The notes under the pieces were generated by a model, which was not told the origin of the DNA, did no database searches, and saw nothing but the letters and a program-made list of their open reading frames with translations. The translations under genes were made by a program, and so were the position numbers. Positions 13,196 through 28,342 of a stretch of 64,000 bases of DNA are shown piece after piece (positions within the stretch are counted from its first letter, which is position 1; every line of letters starts with the position of its first letter). Source of the DNA: Eledone cirrhosa (Eukaryota); contig OZ024766.1 of NCBI GenBank assembly GCA_964016885.1, forward strand, positions 20,708,001-20,772,000, written 5' to 3'.

Positions 13196-13385
13196 GCGGT
13201 GGATTGGCAGTATCGGTAGAGGGTCAGACACCATGCTTTGAAGCATAGAGTTACGTCCCTTTATGATCTGAGTTCAAATCCCGCCGAGGTTAACTTTGCC
13301 TTTCATCCTTACGGGGTCGATAAAATAAAGTACCAGTAAGTACTGGGTAATTGCTGGCCTTGTGCCTAAAGTAGAAACAATTATA
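13196..13385 (+). mobile_element. tRNA-derived SINE family B (Meta-domain-like)
   Basis: B box GAGTTCAAATCCC; central GCCTTTCATCCTTACGGGGTCGATAAAATAAAGTACCAG resembles the MetaSINE domain; further copies at 14411-14595 (+), 14740-14822 (-), 47108-47225 (+). Confidence 0.75.
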
Positions 13386-13405
13386 TTTTGATGTCTGTTC
13401 ATTAG

Positions 13406-13563
13406 AGACAAATACTGGCGAAGGAGTTGGAATATTTGAAAGCTGGATTGCAGGGGAAGGAGAAAGACTTGCTCAAGACAGAAGCTGACCTGAAGGAGAT
13501 GAAAAAGGTCCTTGACGAGCAGACACTTCAACTGAATGACCAGCTGGCCATCTATGAAGACAG
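13406..13563 (+). CDS. CCDC57: CCDC57-like exon
   Basis: cattag acceptor, AG|gtgagt donor; RQILAKELEYLKAGLQGKEKDLLKTEADLKEMKKVLDEQTLQLNDQLAIYED; phase 0 in, phase 2 out. Confidence 0.85.
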
Positions 13564-13797
13564 GTGAGTGTACTGGGACCTTATTAAACCATGGTTGTTT
13601 GGGGTCCACTGTGCCCTGCTTACACCGGCCTAACGAGCTTCCTTGATTGAGACAGACTTTAGACGAGGAGAGAGGGCGAGACTGTTGGGTCGAACTTAGG
13701 TCTTAACTAATGACTATAAAGCAAACTCCTTAACCATTTGGCTGTTTCGGGCCCTTCATCCCTAGGTACACAGTGCCAGAGTGTATTAAATTAATCT

Positions 13798-14395
13798 ATA
13801 ATTGTTTCTACTTTTGGGGGGCACAAGGCCAGCAATTACCCCAGTGTATTACTGGTACTTTATTTTACTGACCCCGTAATAACTGTTTCTACTTTTGGGG
13901 GGGCACAAGGCGAGCAATTACCCCAGTGTATTACTGTACTTTATTTTACTGACCCCGTAATAATTGTTTCTACTTTTGAGGGGGCACAGGGCCAGCAATT
14001 ACCCCAGTGTATTACTGGTACTTTATTTTTACTGACCCCGTAATAAACTGTTTCTACTTTTGGGGGCACAAGGCCAGCAATTACCCCAGTGTATTACTGG
14101 TACTTTTATTTTACTGACCCCGTAATAACTGTTTCTACTTTTGGGGGGCACAAGGCCAGCAATTACCCCAGTGTATTACTGGTACTTTATTTTACTGACC
14201 CCGTAATAACTGTTTCTACTTTTGGGGGGCACAAGGCCAGCAATTACCCCAGTGTATTACTGGTACTTTATTTTATCGACCCCGTAATAATTGTTTCTAC
14301 TTTTGGGGGGCACAAGGCCAGCAATTACCCCAGTGTATCACTGGTACTTTATTTTACCGACCCCGTCAAAGTTAACCGCGGCGGGATTTGAACTT
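13798..14395 (-). mobile_element. SINE family B copy with ~78-bp internal tandem expansion (~7 copies)
   Basis: Repeated GGCACAAGGCCAGCAATTACCCCAGTGTATTACTGGTACTTTATTTTACTGACCCCGTAA; reverse-complement B box GGGATTTGAACT at the end. Confidence 0.75.
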
Positions 14396-14410
14396 AGAAA
14401 GAATGGCAAG

Positions 14411-14595
14411 GGCGGTGGATTGGCAGTATCGTAGAGGGTCGGGACGCCATGCTTTCCAGCATAGAGTTACGTCCCTTTACGGTCTGAGTTCAAATCCCGC
14501 CGAGGTTAACTTTGACGGGGTCGGTAAATAAAGTACCAGTAATACACTGGGGTCATTGCTGGCCTTGTGCCCCCAAAAGTAGAGAAACAATTATA
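14411..14595 (+). mobile_element. SINE family B copy
   Basis: Near-identical to 13196-13385; head-to-head with the preceding copy. Confidence 0.75.
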
Positions 14596-14621
14596 TTAAT
14601 CTATGATGTTTATACCAACAG

Positions 14622-14696
14622 GTTGAAGGAACTCAATACCCAGTTAGTGCAGAGTGGAGTGTACAGAGAGAAGATGGAGAAACAGCTGGAGCTGAA
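14622..14696 (+). CDS. CCDC57: CCDC57-like exon
   Basis: caacag acceptor, AA|gtaagt donor; LKELNTQLVQSGVYREKMEKQLEL; phase 2/2 compatible. Confidence 0.85.
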
Positions 14697-14824
14697 GTAA
14701 GTATTGCATTGTGGAACTGTCTGTCTGTCTGTCTGTCTATAATTGTTGCTACTTTAGGGGGGCACAAGGCCAGCAAATACCCCCCAGTGTATTACTGGTA
14801 CTTTATTTTACTGACCCCGTAATA

Positions 14825-15378
14825 TGGTCGGGTCGTTGGCGACTAAACTGGCAACCCCACCAAGGTTTCTTGGTGAGGAGGGTGGCTTTGGACATCCTGC
14901 AGGACTAAAAACAAAACCTGTCAAAAGGGCAAAGGAGCTCTTAAGAGTCAATGGCCATCCAAAATCACCGGGAGAGATGACCCCTTAGCCTTTGTCAAGG
15001 CAGAATTCTAGGAGAAGGAAAACTCTGATATAACACCTGCAACCCTGATGGTATCCAATGATGTTGACTTGTTCTTCTTTTGGTAAATATCATCTTGGTT
15101 AAGAGAGTGGGACTGGCTTTGTGCAGTGCCTTTGCTCACTATAAAAGCTTCACGGGACAGGCATTGCTTTATATCTGGAGATCTCTCTGCACTTGTCGTC
15201 ACATGGTACCATGGGCCAGCACTATGTGTCAGTAATTGTCACAAGTGTAGTGTTTGTACCAGAGTTTTCAAGTCGCTGGCTGGACTAAAAAGTCACACTC
15301 GTTCAGCGCATCGGTAGGGGTTCTCCTACATGGATATAAAGTAGTGGCCATACTCGAAAACGAGTTGGCAGCCACCAT
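14825..15378 (+). mobile_element. Degraded RTE/BovB-like LINE remnant with C-terminal C2H2 zinc-finger motif
   Basis: ORF 15126-15317 contains DRHCF..V then CSVCTRVFKSLAGLKSHTRSAH, like the terminal C2H2 finger of RTE-BovB-type ORFs. Confidence 0.5.
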
Positions 15379-15384
15379 GTGTAT

Positions 15385-16120
15385 ATACATCATCATCATC
15401 ATTTCATCATTTCATTTTACGTCCACTTTTCCCTGCTTGCAAGGGTGGGACGGGAACTGATTCTGGCTTGATTTCTACAGCTGGATGCCCTTCCTAACCC
15501 CAACCTCATTTACAGTGAGTGCTGGGTGCTTCTTTGCCGGTGGGCACCTCCACGACCACTTTACAGTGAGTGCTGGGTGCTTTTTTTGCCGTGGCACCTC
15601 CACGACCACTTTACAGTGAGTGCTGGTGCTTTTTGCCGTGGCTCCTCCACGACCACTTTACAGTGAGTGCTGGTGCTTTTTGCTGTGGCACCTCCACGAC
15701 CACTTTACAGTGAGTGCTGGGTGCTTTTTGCTGTGGCACCTCCACGACACACTTTACAGTGAGTGCTGGGTGCTTTTCTGCCGTGGCACCTCCACGACCA
15801 CTTTACAGTGAGTGCTGGGTGCTTTTTTGCTGTGCACCCTCCACGACCTCTTTACAGTGAGTGCTGGGTGCTTTTTGCTGTGGCACCTCCACGACCACTT
15901 TACAGTGAGTGCTGGGTGCTTTTCTGCCGTGGCACCTCCACGACCACTTTGCAGTGGAATGATATGGACCCCAGTCCCTATCATCTCATTTCTACAGCTG
16001 AGTAAACTGGAGCAATGTGAAATAAAGTGTCTTGCTCAAGGAAACAACACATCACCCGGTCTGAGAATTGAACTCACAACCTTTCGATTGCAAGGCCAAT
16101 GCTCTAACCACTAAGCCATG
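15385..16120 (-). mobile_element. SINE family A copy
   Basis: Reverse complement of 1-1127 with ~9 internal units. Confidence 0.88.
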
Positions 16121-16281
16121 TGCCCCCATCTTTAGTGGTTAGAGCATTATCCTTGCAATCGAAAGGTTGTGAGTTCAATTCTCAGATATATATATATATA
16201 TATAGATATATATATATGTATATATATACACATATTCTACACACACACAGCCAAACATTTCTGTCTGTCTGGTACTTTCAG

Positions 16282-16482
16282 GCTGAACAAATGTGACCAG
16301 AAGTTGCGGACAAGAACCGAGGAAGTTTCCAGACTGCAGACCTCTATCGCAGAGAAGGACCAAGCGCACATGTCGGAAGCCAGTGAACAGCAGATGCAAC
16401 TCAACAATGTGCAGCTGCAATGTGCAGCTGTTACAGACGACTGCACCACCAAGTTGCAAGAGAAAGATGCAGAAATTCAAAG
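16282..16482 (+). CDS. CCDC57: CCDC57-like exon
   Basis: tttcag acceptor, AG|gttttt donor; LNKCDQKLRTRTEEVSRLQTSIAEKDQAHMSEASEQQMQLNNVQLQCAAVTDDCTTKLQEKDAEIQ. Confidence 0.82.
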
Positions 16483-16509
16483 GTTTTTTTTTTCTCCTAT
16501 TTTCTTCTG

Positions 16510-17968
<1,459 letters not shown>

Positions 17969-17980
17969 CGTGTTACCCAG

Positions 17981-18141
17981 GCTGAGGTCAGAGCTGCAGC
18001 AATGCCAGGCCAGTGCCGAGGCTGACCACCAGCGCAGGTTCCAGACCAATGTCGACCGTGAAGTGAAGCTGACACATCTCCAGGAAGAGAATGCCAAGGA
18101 CTGTTGGTCACTGCAGTCAGCTGGAGGGGACTATTTGCTCG
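17981..18141 (+). CDS. CCDC57: CCDC57-like exon (possible indel near 3' end)
   Basis: acccag acceptor, CG|gtaggg donor; LRSELQQCQASAEADHQRRFQTNVDREVKLTHLQEENAK resembles recalled CCDC57 SRDLQIQTLQEEEVK; similarity is lost after ENAK. Confidence 0.72.
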
Positions 18142-18221
18142 GTAGGGGACACCTTTTATATCTTGATAGAGGGTCACTGTAGTGGACAGTGGTCAGTGTA
18201 TGTCTGTATATATGTATAGGG

Positions 18222-18545
18222 AGGCACGTGGCTTGGTGGTTAGAGCATTGGGCTTGCAATCGAAAGGTTGTGAGTTCAATTCTCAGACCGGGTGATGTGT
18301 TGTTCCTTGAGCAAGACACTTTATTTCCATTGCTCCAGTTTACTCAGCTGTAGAAATGAGATGATAGGGACTGGGGTCCCTATCATTCCACTTGTAAAGT
18401 GGTCGTGGAGGTGCCACGGCAAAAAAGCACACAGCACTCACTGTAAATGAGGTTGGTGTTAGGAAGGGCATCCAGCTGTAGAAATCAAGCCAGAATCAGT
18501 TCCCGTCCCACCCTTGCAAGCAGGGAAAACGGACGTAAAATGAAA
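18222..18545 (+). mobile_element. SINE family A, full-length, single internal unit
   Basis: GGCACGTGGCTTGGTGGTTAGAGC head through to the GGACGTAAAATGAA tail. Confidence 0.88.
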
Positions 18546-18605
18546 GAATACACTTTTTTCTATATATATATATATACAAAAAAGTATATATATATACTTT
18601 TTTGT

Positions 18606-18985
18606 ATCATCATCATCATTTTACGTCCCCTTTTCCCTGCTTGCAAGGGTGGGACGCGTCCTATTCAGCACAGCATCTCTCCACTTGTCACGGTCCTTCA
18701 TCATCTCCTCCGTGAGCTTCAGCAATCTGAGGTCTGCTCTCACCACCTCCGCCCATGTTTTTCGTGGTCTTCCTCTACCATGTCTTCCTTCTACTGAGAT
18801 TTTTTGGCACTTCTTTACCCAGCAGTCATCCTCCATGTATGTCACATGTCCATACCATCTCAGTCTCCTCTCCTACACACCACAACTTATCCCTCTTATA
18901 CACACATTCACATGTCCATACCACCTCAGTCTTCTCTCCTACACACCACAACTTATCCCTCTTATACCCAATTTCTCTCTCACTA
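18606..18985 (-). mobile_element. RTE LINE 3' end with start of the 80-bp array, running into the gap
   Basis: ORF 18621-18845 MEDDCWVKKCQKISVEGRHGRGRPRKTW...; 80-bp units abut the Ns. Confidence 0.85.
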
Positions 18986-19185
18986 NNNNNNNNNNNNNNN
19001 NNNNNNNNNNNNNNNNNNNNNNNNNNNNNNNNNNNNNNNNNNNNNNNNNNNNNNNNNNNNNNNNNNNNNNNNNNNNNNNNNNNNNNNNNNNNNNNNNNNN
19101 NNNNNNNNNNNNNNNNNNNNNNNNNNNNNNNNNNNNNNNNNNNNNNNNNNNNNNNNNNNNNNNNNNNNNNNNNNNNNNNNNNNNN
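18986..19185. other. Assembly gap (200 N)
   Basis: Run of exactly 200 N, typical of a fixed-size scaffolding gap. Confidence 0.99.
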
Positions 19186-19186
19186 A

Positions 19187-19297
19187 GTGACCCTCATCAA
19201 AAGACCGACCCAGGACCGACCAACTAGAGGAAGGACCGTGCTTAAGAAAGCCGCCAAGGGTTCAAAAATTCGGAACTACAACATCAAGGAGGAATAA
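19187..19297 (+). CDS. CCDC57: Probable terminal coding exon of the CCDC57-like gene (partial)
   Basis: VTLIKRPTQDRPTRGRTVLKKAAKGSKIRNYNIKEE*; KIRNYNI matches my recollection of the CCDC57 extreme C-terminus. Confidence 0.6.
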   Translation: MTLIKRPTQDRPTRGRTVLKKAAKGSKIRNYNIKEE

Positions 19298-19301
19298 CAC
19301 A

Positions 19302-20073
19302 TCATGATTTTACGTCCACTTCTCCCTGCTTGCAAGGGTGGGACGGGAACTGGTTCTGGCTTGATTTCTACAGCTGGATGCCCTTCCTAAAACCAACCTC
19401 ATTTACAGTGAGTGCTGGGTGCTTTTTTGCCGTGGCACCTCCACGTCCACTTTACAGTGAGTGCTGGGTGCTTTTTTGCCGTGGTACCTCCAAGACCACT
19501 TTACAGTGTGGGCTGGGTGCTTTTTTGCCGTGGCACCTCCACGACCACTTTACAGTGAGTGCTGGGTGCTTTTTTGCTGTGGTACCTCCAAGACCACTTT
19601 ACAGTGAGTGCTGGGTGCTTTTTTTGCCGTGGCACCTCCACGACCACTTTACAGTGAGTGCTGGGTGCTTTTTTGCCGTGGCACCTCCACGTCCACTTTA
19701 CAGTGAATGCCGGGTGCTTTTTTGCCGTGGTACCTCCACGACCACTTTACAGTGAGGGCTGGGTGCTTTTTTGCCGTGGCACCTCCACGTCCACTTTACA
19801 GTGGGTGGTGGGTGCTTTTTTGCCGTGGCACCTACACGACCACTTTACAGTGTAGGCTGGGTGATTTTTTTTTTGCCGTGGCACCTCCACGACCACTTTG
19901 CAGTGGAATGATTTGGACCCCAGTCCCTATCATCTCATTTCTACAGCTGAGTAAACTGGAGCAATGTGGAATAAAGTGTCTTGCTCAAGGAAACAACACA
20001 TCACCCGGTCTGAGAATTGAACTCACAACCTTTCGATTGCAAGGCCAATGCTCTAACCACTAAGCCATATGCC
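19302..20073 (-). mobile_element. SINE family A copy
   Basis: Reverse-complement copy with ~10 internal units. Confidence 0.88.
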
Positions 20074-20074
20074 T

Positions 20075-20385
20075 TGCAACCCACTCTACTTCTTTGTGTG
20101 TGGCGCAGTGGAACGAGACACCAACAGATCCAGCTGCAATACGAAAGACGATCTGAAGGCCAGGATCACAAGTGCCTTTAGGGGCCTAAGTCGGGGGACA
20201 GTGACGAAGGCCTGTAGCCTGTTCCGAGGCCGCCTTGAGGCCGTCATCAAAGCCAATGGCGGGTTTATCGAGTGAGATCGAAAGAACAAGTCATGAAGAC
20301 AAACTGACCCAAGTTTGATAAATAAATCTTAAAAAATAAAACTACTGTCTTACTTTTTCCTGGAAAACTATCGTCCGCACCCTAT
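20075..20385 (+). mobile_element. Tc1/mariner-superfamily transposon 3' fragment
   Basis: NPLYFFVCGAVE...NTKDDLKARITSAFRGLSRGTVTKACSLFRGRLEAVIKANGGFIE* is the C-terminus that follows SPDLNPLD in mariner/maT transposases; ends CACCCTA into (TA)n. Confidence 0.75.
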
Positions 20386-20489
20386 ATATATATATATATA
20401 TATGTAGGAGGTGAGTTTTATTGTAGTACAATAAAGCAATGCAGATATCGGATAAGAAGCACTCTACAGTTTGTGGGACTGGAGTATGC

Positions 20490-20817
20490 ATAATATAAGA
20501 TCAAAAGATGGTTAAAGGAGTTCCATATATTTTATTATGCGCATTTCAAAAACAAACATCATCAAGCAATAATATTTGTGTTTTCATCAGATAAAACAGG
20601 AGAACATGATATGAAGGCTAAAAAACACTTGTTGATAGTGCAGTTTTAAATCAACATATGTTGATTTAAAACTGCACTATCAACAAGTGTTTTTTAGCCT
20701 TCATATCATGTTCTCCTGTTTTATCTGATGAAAACACAAATATTATTGCTTGATGATGTTTGTTTTTGAAATGCGCATAATAAAATACATGGAACTCCTT
20801 TAACCATCTTTTGATCT

Positions 20818-20825
<8 letters not shown>
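20490..20825. repeat. Near-perfect 336-bp palindrome (Penelope-like terminal fragment)
   Basis: 168-bp arms centred at 20657/20658, no spacer, one mismatch noticed; contains degenerate TTGATGA...GAAATGCGCA...AATAAA. Confidence 0.9.
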
Positions 20826-22125
<1,300 letters not shown>

Positions 22126-22813
22126 CGCTTGCAATGATGAAACCTGGCTCAACCTGTCCAGGTAACGAGCATATCAGTGGTTGCCATTAGCAACAGAATA
22201 TCTTGCATTGTGGTGTGGTGGTGATATTTATGTGAGAACCTTTGTTGAGTTATGTTCCATTAGAAATATGGCAATGAAAGGGCTAAAGTGTTTATATTTA
22301 TCTAAAAACTTCACCACACCCCAACGCCCTCTCCACCCCAACACCACAACACTCCCCACCCAACCCCTCCCCACCACCTCCACCCCACCCCACCCACACC
22401 CCACGCCTCTCCAGCCCCTCCGCCACACAACACCACACCCCGACACCCCCTCCACCAGCTCCACCCAAACCTGCTCAACTGGTTGTGATAAAAATGTGTT
22501 GCATGTGACAATGTGTTGTCTATTGAAGTGTGTCAACTTGGTGTGGTGTGGTGTGGTGTGGTGTAGTCAGGTGTGGTGTGGTGTGGTGTAGTCAGGTGTG
22601 GTGTGGTGTGGTGTAGTGAGGTGTGGGGTAGTCAGGTGTGGTGTGGTGTGGTGTGGTGTTGTGTAGTCAGGTGTGGTGTGGTGTGGTGTTGTGTAGTGAG
22701 GTGTGGTGTGGTGTTGTGTAGTCAGGTGTGGTGTAGTCTGGTGTTGGTAAAGGTGATGAGATAAAAAAAAGTTTCACATTAAAATATTTTTAATCCATAT
22801 CAAACATTACATA

Positions 22814-25270
22814 TGTTTCTCTCTCAACACATCACATGTCCATACCACCACAGTCTTCTCTCCCACACACCACAACTTATCCCTCTTATACCCAGTTCCT
22901 CTCTCAACACATCACATGTCCATACCATCTCAGTCTTCTCTCCCACACACCACAACTTATCCCTCTTATACACAGTTTCTCTCTCAACACATCACATGTC
23001 CATACCACCTCAGTCTCCTCTCCCACACACCACAACTTATCCCTCTTATACCCAGTTTCTCTCTCAACACATCACATGTCCATACCATCTCAGTCTTCTC
23101 TCCCACACACCACAACTTATCCCTCTTATACACAGTTTCTCTCTCAACACATCACATGTCCATACCACCACAGTCTTCTCTCCCACACACCACAACTTAT
23201 CCCTCTTATACCCAGTTCCTCTCTCAACACATCACATGTCCATACCATCTCAGTCTTCTCTCCCACACACCACAACTTATCCCTCTTATACACAGTTTCT
23301 CTCTCAACACATCACATGTCCATACCACCTCAGTCTCCTCTCCCACACACCACAACTTATCCCTCTTATACCCAGTTTCTCTCTCAACACATCACATGTC
23401 CATACCATCTCAGTCTTCTCTCCCACACACCACAACTTATCCCTCTTATACACAGTTTCTCTCTCAACACATCACATGTCCATACCACCACAGTCTTCTC
23501 TCCCACACACCACAACTTATCCCTCTTATACCCAGTTCCTCTCTCAACACATCACATGTCCATACCATCTCAGTCTTCTCTCCCACACACCACAACTTAT
23601 CCCTCTTATACACAGTTTCTCTCTCAACACATCACATGTCCATACCACCTCAGTCTCCTCTCCCACACACCACAACTTATCCCTCTTATACCCAGTTTCT
23701 CTCTCAACACATCACATGTCCATACCATCTCAGTCTTCTCTCCCACACACCACAACTTATCCCTCTTATACACAGTTTCTCTCTCAACACATCACATGTC
23801 CATACCACCACAGTCTTCTCTCCCACACACCACAACTTATCCCTCTTATACCCAGTTCCTCTCTCAACACATCACATGTCCATACCATCTCAGTCTTCTC
23901 TCCCACACACCACAACTTATCCCTCTTATACACAGTTTCTCTCTCAACACATCACATGTCCATACCATCTCAGTCTTCTCTCCCACACACCACAACTTAT
24001 CCCTCTTATACCCAGTTTCTCTCTCAACACATCACATGTCCATACCATCTCAGTCTTCTCTCCCACACACCACAACTTATCCCTCTTATACACAGTTTCT
24101 CTCTCAACACATCACATGTCCATACCATCTCAGTCTTCTCTCCCACACACCACAACTTATCCCTCTTATACCCAGTTTCTCTCTCAACACATCACATGTC
24201 CATACCATCTCAGTCTTCTCTCCCACACACCACAACTTATCCCTCTTATACCCAGTTTCTCTCTCAACACATCACATGTCCATACCATCTCAGTCTTCTC
24301 TCCCACACACCACAACTTATCCCTCTTATACACAGTTCCTCTCTCAACTCATCACATGTCCATACCATCTCAGTCTCCTCTCCCACACACCACAACTTAT
24401 CCCTCTTATACACAGTTTCTCTCTCAACACATCACATGTCCATACCACCTCAGTCTTCTCTCCCACACACCACAACTTATCCCTCTTATACACAGTTTCT
24501 CTCTCAACACATCACATGTCCATACCACCTCAGTCTTCTCTCCCACACACCACAACTTATCCCTCTTATACACAGTTTCTCTCTCAACACATCACATGTC
24601 CATACCATCTCAGTCTTCTCTCCCACACACCACAACTTATCCCTCTTAGACACAGTTTCTCTCTCAACTCATCACATGTCCATACCATCTCAGTCTCCTC
24701 TCCCACACACCACAACTTATCCCTCTTATACCCAGTTTCTCTCTCAACACATCACATGTCCATACCACCTCAGTCTTCTCTCCCACACACCACAACTTAT
24801 CCCTCTTATACCCAGTTTCTCTCTCAACTCATCACATGTCCATACCATCTCAGTCTCCTCTCCCACACACCACAACTTATCCCTCTTATACCCAGTTTCT
24901 CTCTCAACACATCACATGTCCATACCACCTCAGTCTTCTCTCCCATACACCACAACTTATCCCTCTTATACCCAGTTTCTCTCTCACCACATCACATGTC
25001 CATACCACATCAGTCTTCTCTCCCACACACCACAACTTATCCCTCTTATACACAGTTTCTCTCTCAACACATCACATGTCCATACCATCTCAGTCTTCTC
25101 TCCCACACACCACAACTTATCCCTCTTATACCCAGTTTCTCTCTCAACACATCACATGTCCATACCATCTCAGTCTTCTCTCCCACACACCTCAACTTAT
25201 CCCTCTTATACCCAGTTTCTCTCTCAACTCATCTATGCTTGGTCGTTCACACACATTGACATTATACATC
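22814..25270 (-). repeat. 80-bp RTE-derived tandem array (~30 copies) with 320-bp higher-order repeat
   Basis: Reverse complement of the 7636-12840 unit; variant CCACCA recurs at 22845, 23165, 23485, 23805. Confidence 0.93.
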
Positions 25271-25277
25271 CAACGGA

Positions 25278-25327
<50 letters not shown>

Positions 25328-25496
25328 AGACGTACTCCATCATCCACTTTTCTAAAAAATAAATCATACACACAACAGCAGCACCAACAGTTTTACAAGA
25401 GATATCAACATGAAAGGACCTGTTATTTATATTTAAAGACATTTTTTCCAATTCCAACCCTGCCTGTCCCCTCAATCTATCTTATTTCTCATTCTC

Positions 25497-25532
25497 TCTT
25501 CTGAAGAAGGACTAGCGTCCGAAACGTTAAGA
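25497..25532 (+). ncRNA. Minimal type-I hammerhead ribozyme motif (Penelope-like element end)
   Basis: tctt CTGAAGA a ggac-tagc-gtcc GAAA cgtt aaga; stem I tctt/aaga; upstream ~150 bp has a homologue at ~50970-51110 (-) truncated at CTGA. Confidence 0.6.
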
Positions 25533-25619
25533 CCCTCTTCCTGCTATATCAAGCGTTAACCTAATATATCCCTTCCATATACTGTACTGATTGTGTTGTT
25601 ATTTCTGTTTACCTTTTAC

Positions 25620-25669
<50 letters not shown>

Positions 25670-25741
25670 ATATAGATATATAGAGAGATAGATAAATACA
25701 TAAATAGATAGACATATATATATATATATATATATTTGATT

Positions 25742-26330
25742 TAAATGAGGTTGGTGTTAGGAAGGGCATCCAGCTGTAGAAAACCCGCCAGACAGTCCTA
25801 TGCGAGCAAGACAACCACTCTTGCCTCAAGTGGGACTACCCCCGTCCAAACCCATGCCAGCGTGGAACACGGACGTTAAACGTTGATGATGATGATATAC
25901 ATATATATATAGATATGTGTATATAGATATATATAGAGATAGATAAATACATAGATAGATAGACATGTATATATATATATATATGGCGCCACAGCAGCAA
26001 AGCACCCAGCCCTCACTGTAAAGTGGTCGTGGAGGTGTCACGGCAAAAAAGCACCCAGCACTCACTGTAAAGTGGTCGTGGAGGTGCCACAGCAGCAAAG
26101 CACCCAGCCCTCACTGTAAAGTGGTCGTGGAGGTGCCACAGCAAAAAAGCACCCAGCACTCACTGTAAAGTGGTCGTGGATGTGCCACGACAAAAAAGCA
26201 CCCAGCACTCACTGTAAATGAGGTTGGTGTTAGGAAGGGCATCCAGCTGTAGAAATCAAGCCAGAATCAGTTCCCGTCCCACCCTTGCAAGCAGGGAAAA
26301 GTGGATGTAAAATAAAATGATGATGATATA
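25742..26330 (+). mobile_element. Two SINE 3' fragments (family A and a related-tail variant)
   Basis: AGGAAGGGCATCCAGCTGTAGAA motif and (GAT)n tails; ~50-bp units at 25985-26220. Confidence 0.8.
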
Positions 26331-26404
26331 TATATAAATATATACATATATATATATATATATGTTGGCTTTTCGCTACAATGTTTTCTATACCTTTCAT
26401 TTAA

Positions 26405-26435
<31 letters not shown>

Positions 26436-26465
26436 TATATATATAGACATATATATATATATATA

Positions 26466-26538
<73 letters not shown>

Positions 26539-26541
26539 ATT

Positions 26542-26640
<99 letters not shown>

Positions 26641-26648
26641 ATATAGAC

Positions 26649-26734
<86 letters not shown>

Positions 26735-26772
26735 TGTGCAGTGGACAGGCAGTCAGTCATACATCCAAGCAA

Positions 26773-26803
<31 letters not shown>

Positions 26804-26910
26804 CTATATATGTCTCCAGTATAACATGGGAGGTATGTACATGAAACATATGATGTGTGGTCAGCTACTCACCGCTGGATATAACCATGTCTGGACAATC
26901 CCTTCTACAG

Positions 26911-27010
26911 TGATGGCCACTACCACCACCACTACCACCACCACTACTAATACTACCACTAATACTACCACTAATACTACTACTACTACTACTACTGCTA
27001 CTACTAAGAG
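26911..27010 (+). CDS. Candidate Thr-rich exon of an unidentified gene
   Basis: ttctacag acceptor; open MATTTTT...TTKR; donors G|gtgaga (27011) or G|gtgagt (27035); may be only an (ACT/ACC)n repeat. Confidence 0.25.
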
Positions 27011-27063
27011 AGGTGAGAAAGAGGGCAGCTTTAGGTGAGTTTCATATTTCATATTTACGTATG

Positions 27064-27153
<90 letters not shown>

Positions 27154-27169
27154 CATATATATATATATA

Positions 27170-27278
<109 letters not shown>

Positions 27279-27303
27279 GTGTATATATATATATATATGT
27301 CTA

Positions 27304-27354
<51 letters not shown>

Positions 27355-27444
27355 ATATATATATATATATAGACATATATATATATATATATGTCTCTCT
27401 CATGTATATATATATATATATATGTCTATATATATATATATATA

Positions 27445-27488
<44 letters not shown>

Positions 27489-27502
27489 TATATATATATA
27501 TA

Positions 27503-27547
<45 letters not shown>

Positions 27548-27590
27548 ATATATATATATATATATGTCTATATATATATATATATGTCTC

Positions 27591-28035
<445 letters not shown>

Positions 28036-28058
28036 CTATATATACATATGTCTATATA

Positions 28059-28096
<38 letters not shown>

Positions 28097-28119
28097 GAGA
28101 GAGACATATATATATATAT

Positions 28120-28325
28120 AACGAAGGAAATGTGGTAAGGAACCAGGTGGACCATAACGCACCAAAGTACTCAATACTTAGGGTAGTAGAGTGGGTAATA
28201 GGAACGAGTAGGACCCCGACGGCTGAGCTCAAGCCGTTTCGACGGCTAATTCTGGACTAAATTTAGTCCAGAATTAGCCGTCGAAACGGCTTGAGCTCAG
28301 CCGTCGGGGTCCTACTCGTTCCTAT
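28120..28325. mobile_element. Fold-back element in (TA)n; 128-bp palindrome containing the 3' half of a hammerhead-like motif
   Basis: Palindrome 28198-28325 centred 28261/28262; right arm GAAA-cggct-tgagctc-agccg-TC-ggggtc; relatives at 28551-28712, 30527-30622, 38181-38234, 44271-45017. Confidence 0.75.
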
Positions 28326-28342
28326 ATATATATATATATATA

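Noticed and set aside
15126-15317. C2H2 zinc-finger gene
   Set aside because: Single finger following a DRxxW-like motif in LINE context; better explained as an RTE/BovB C-terminal remnant
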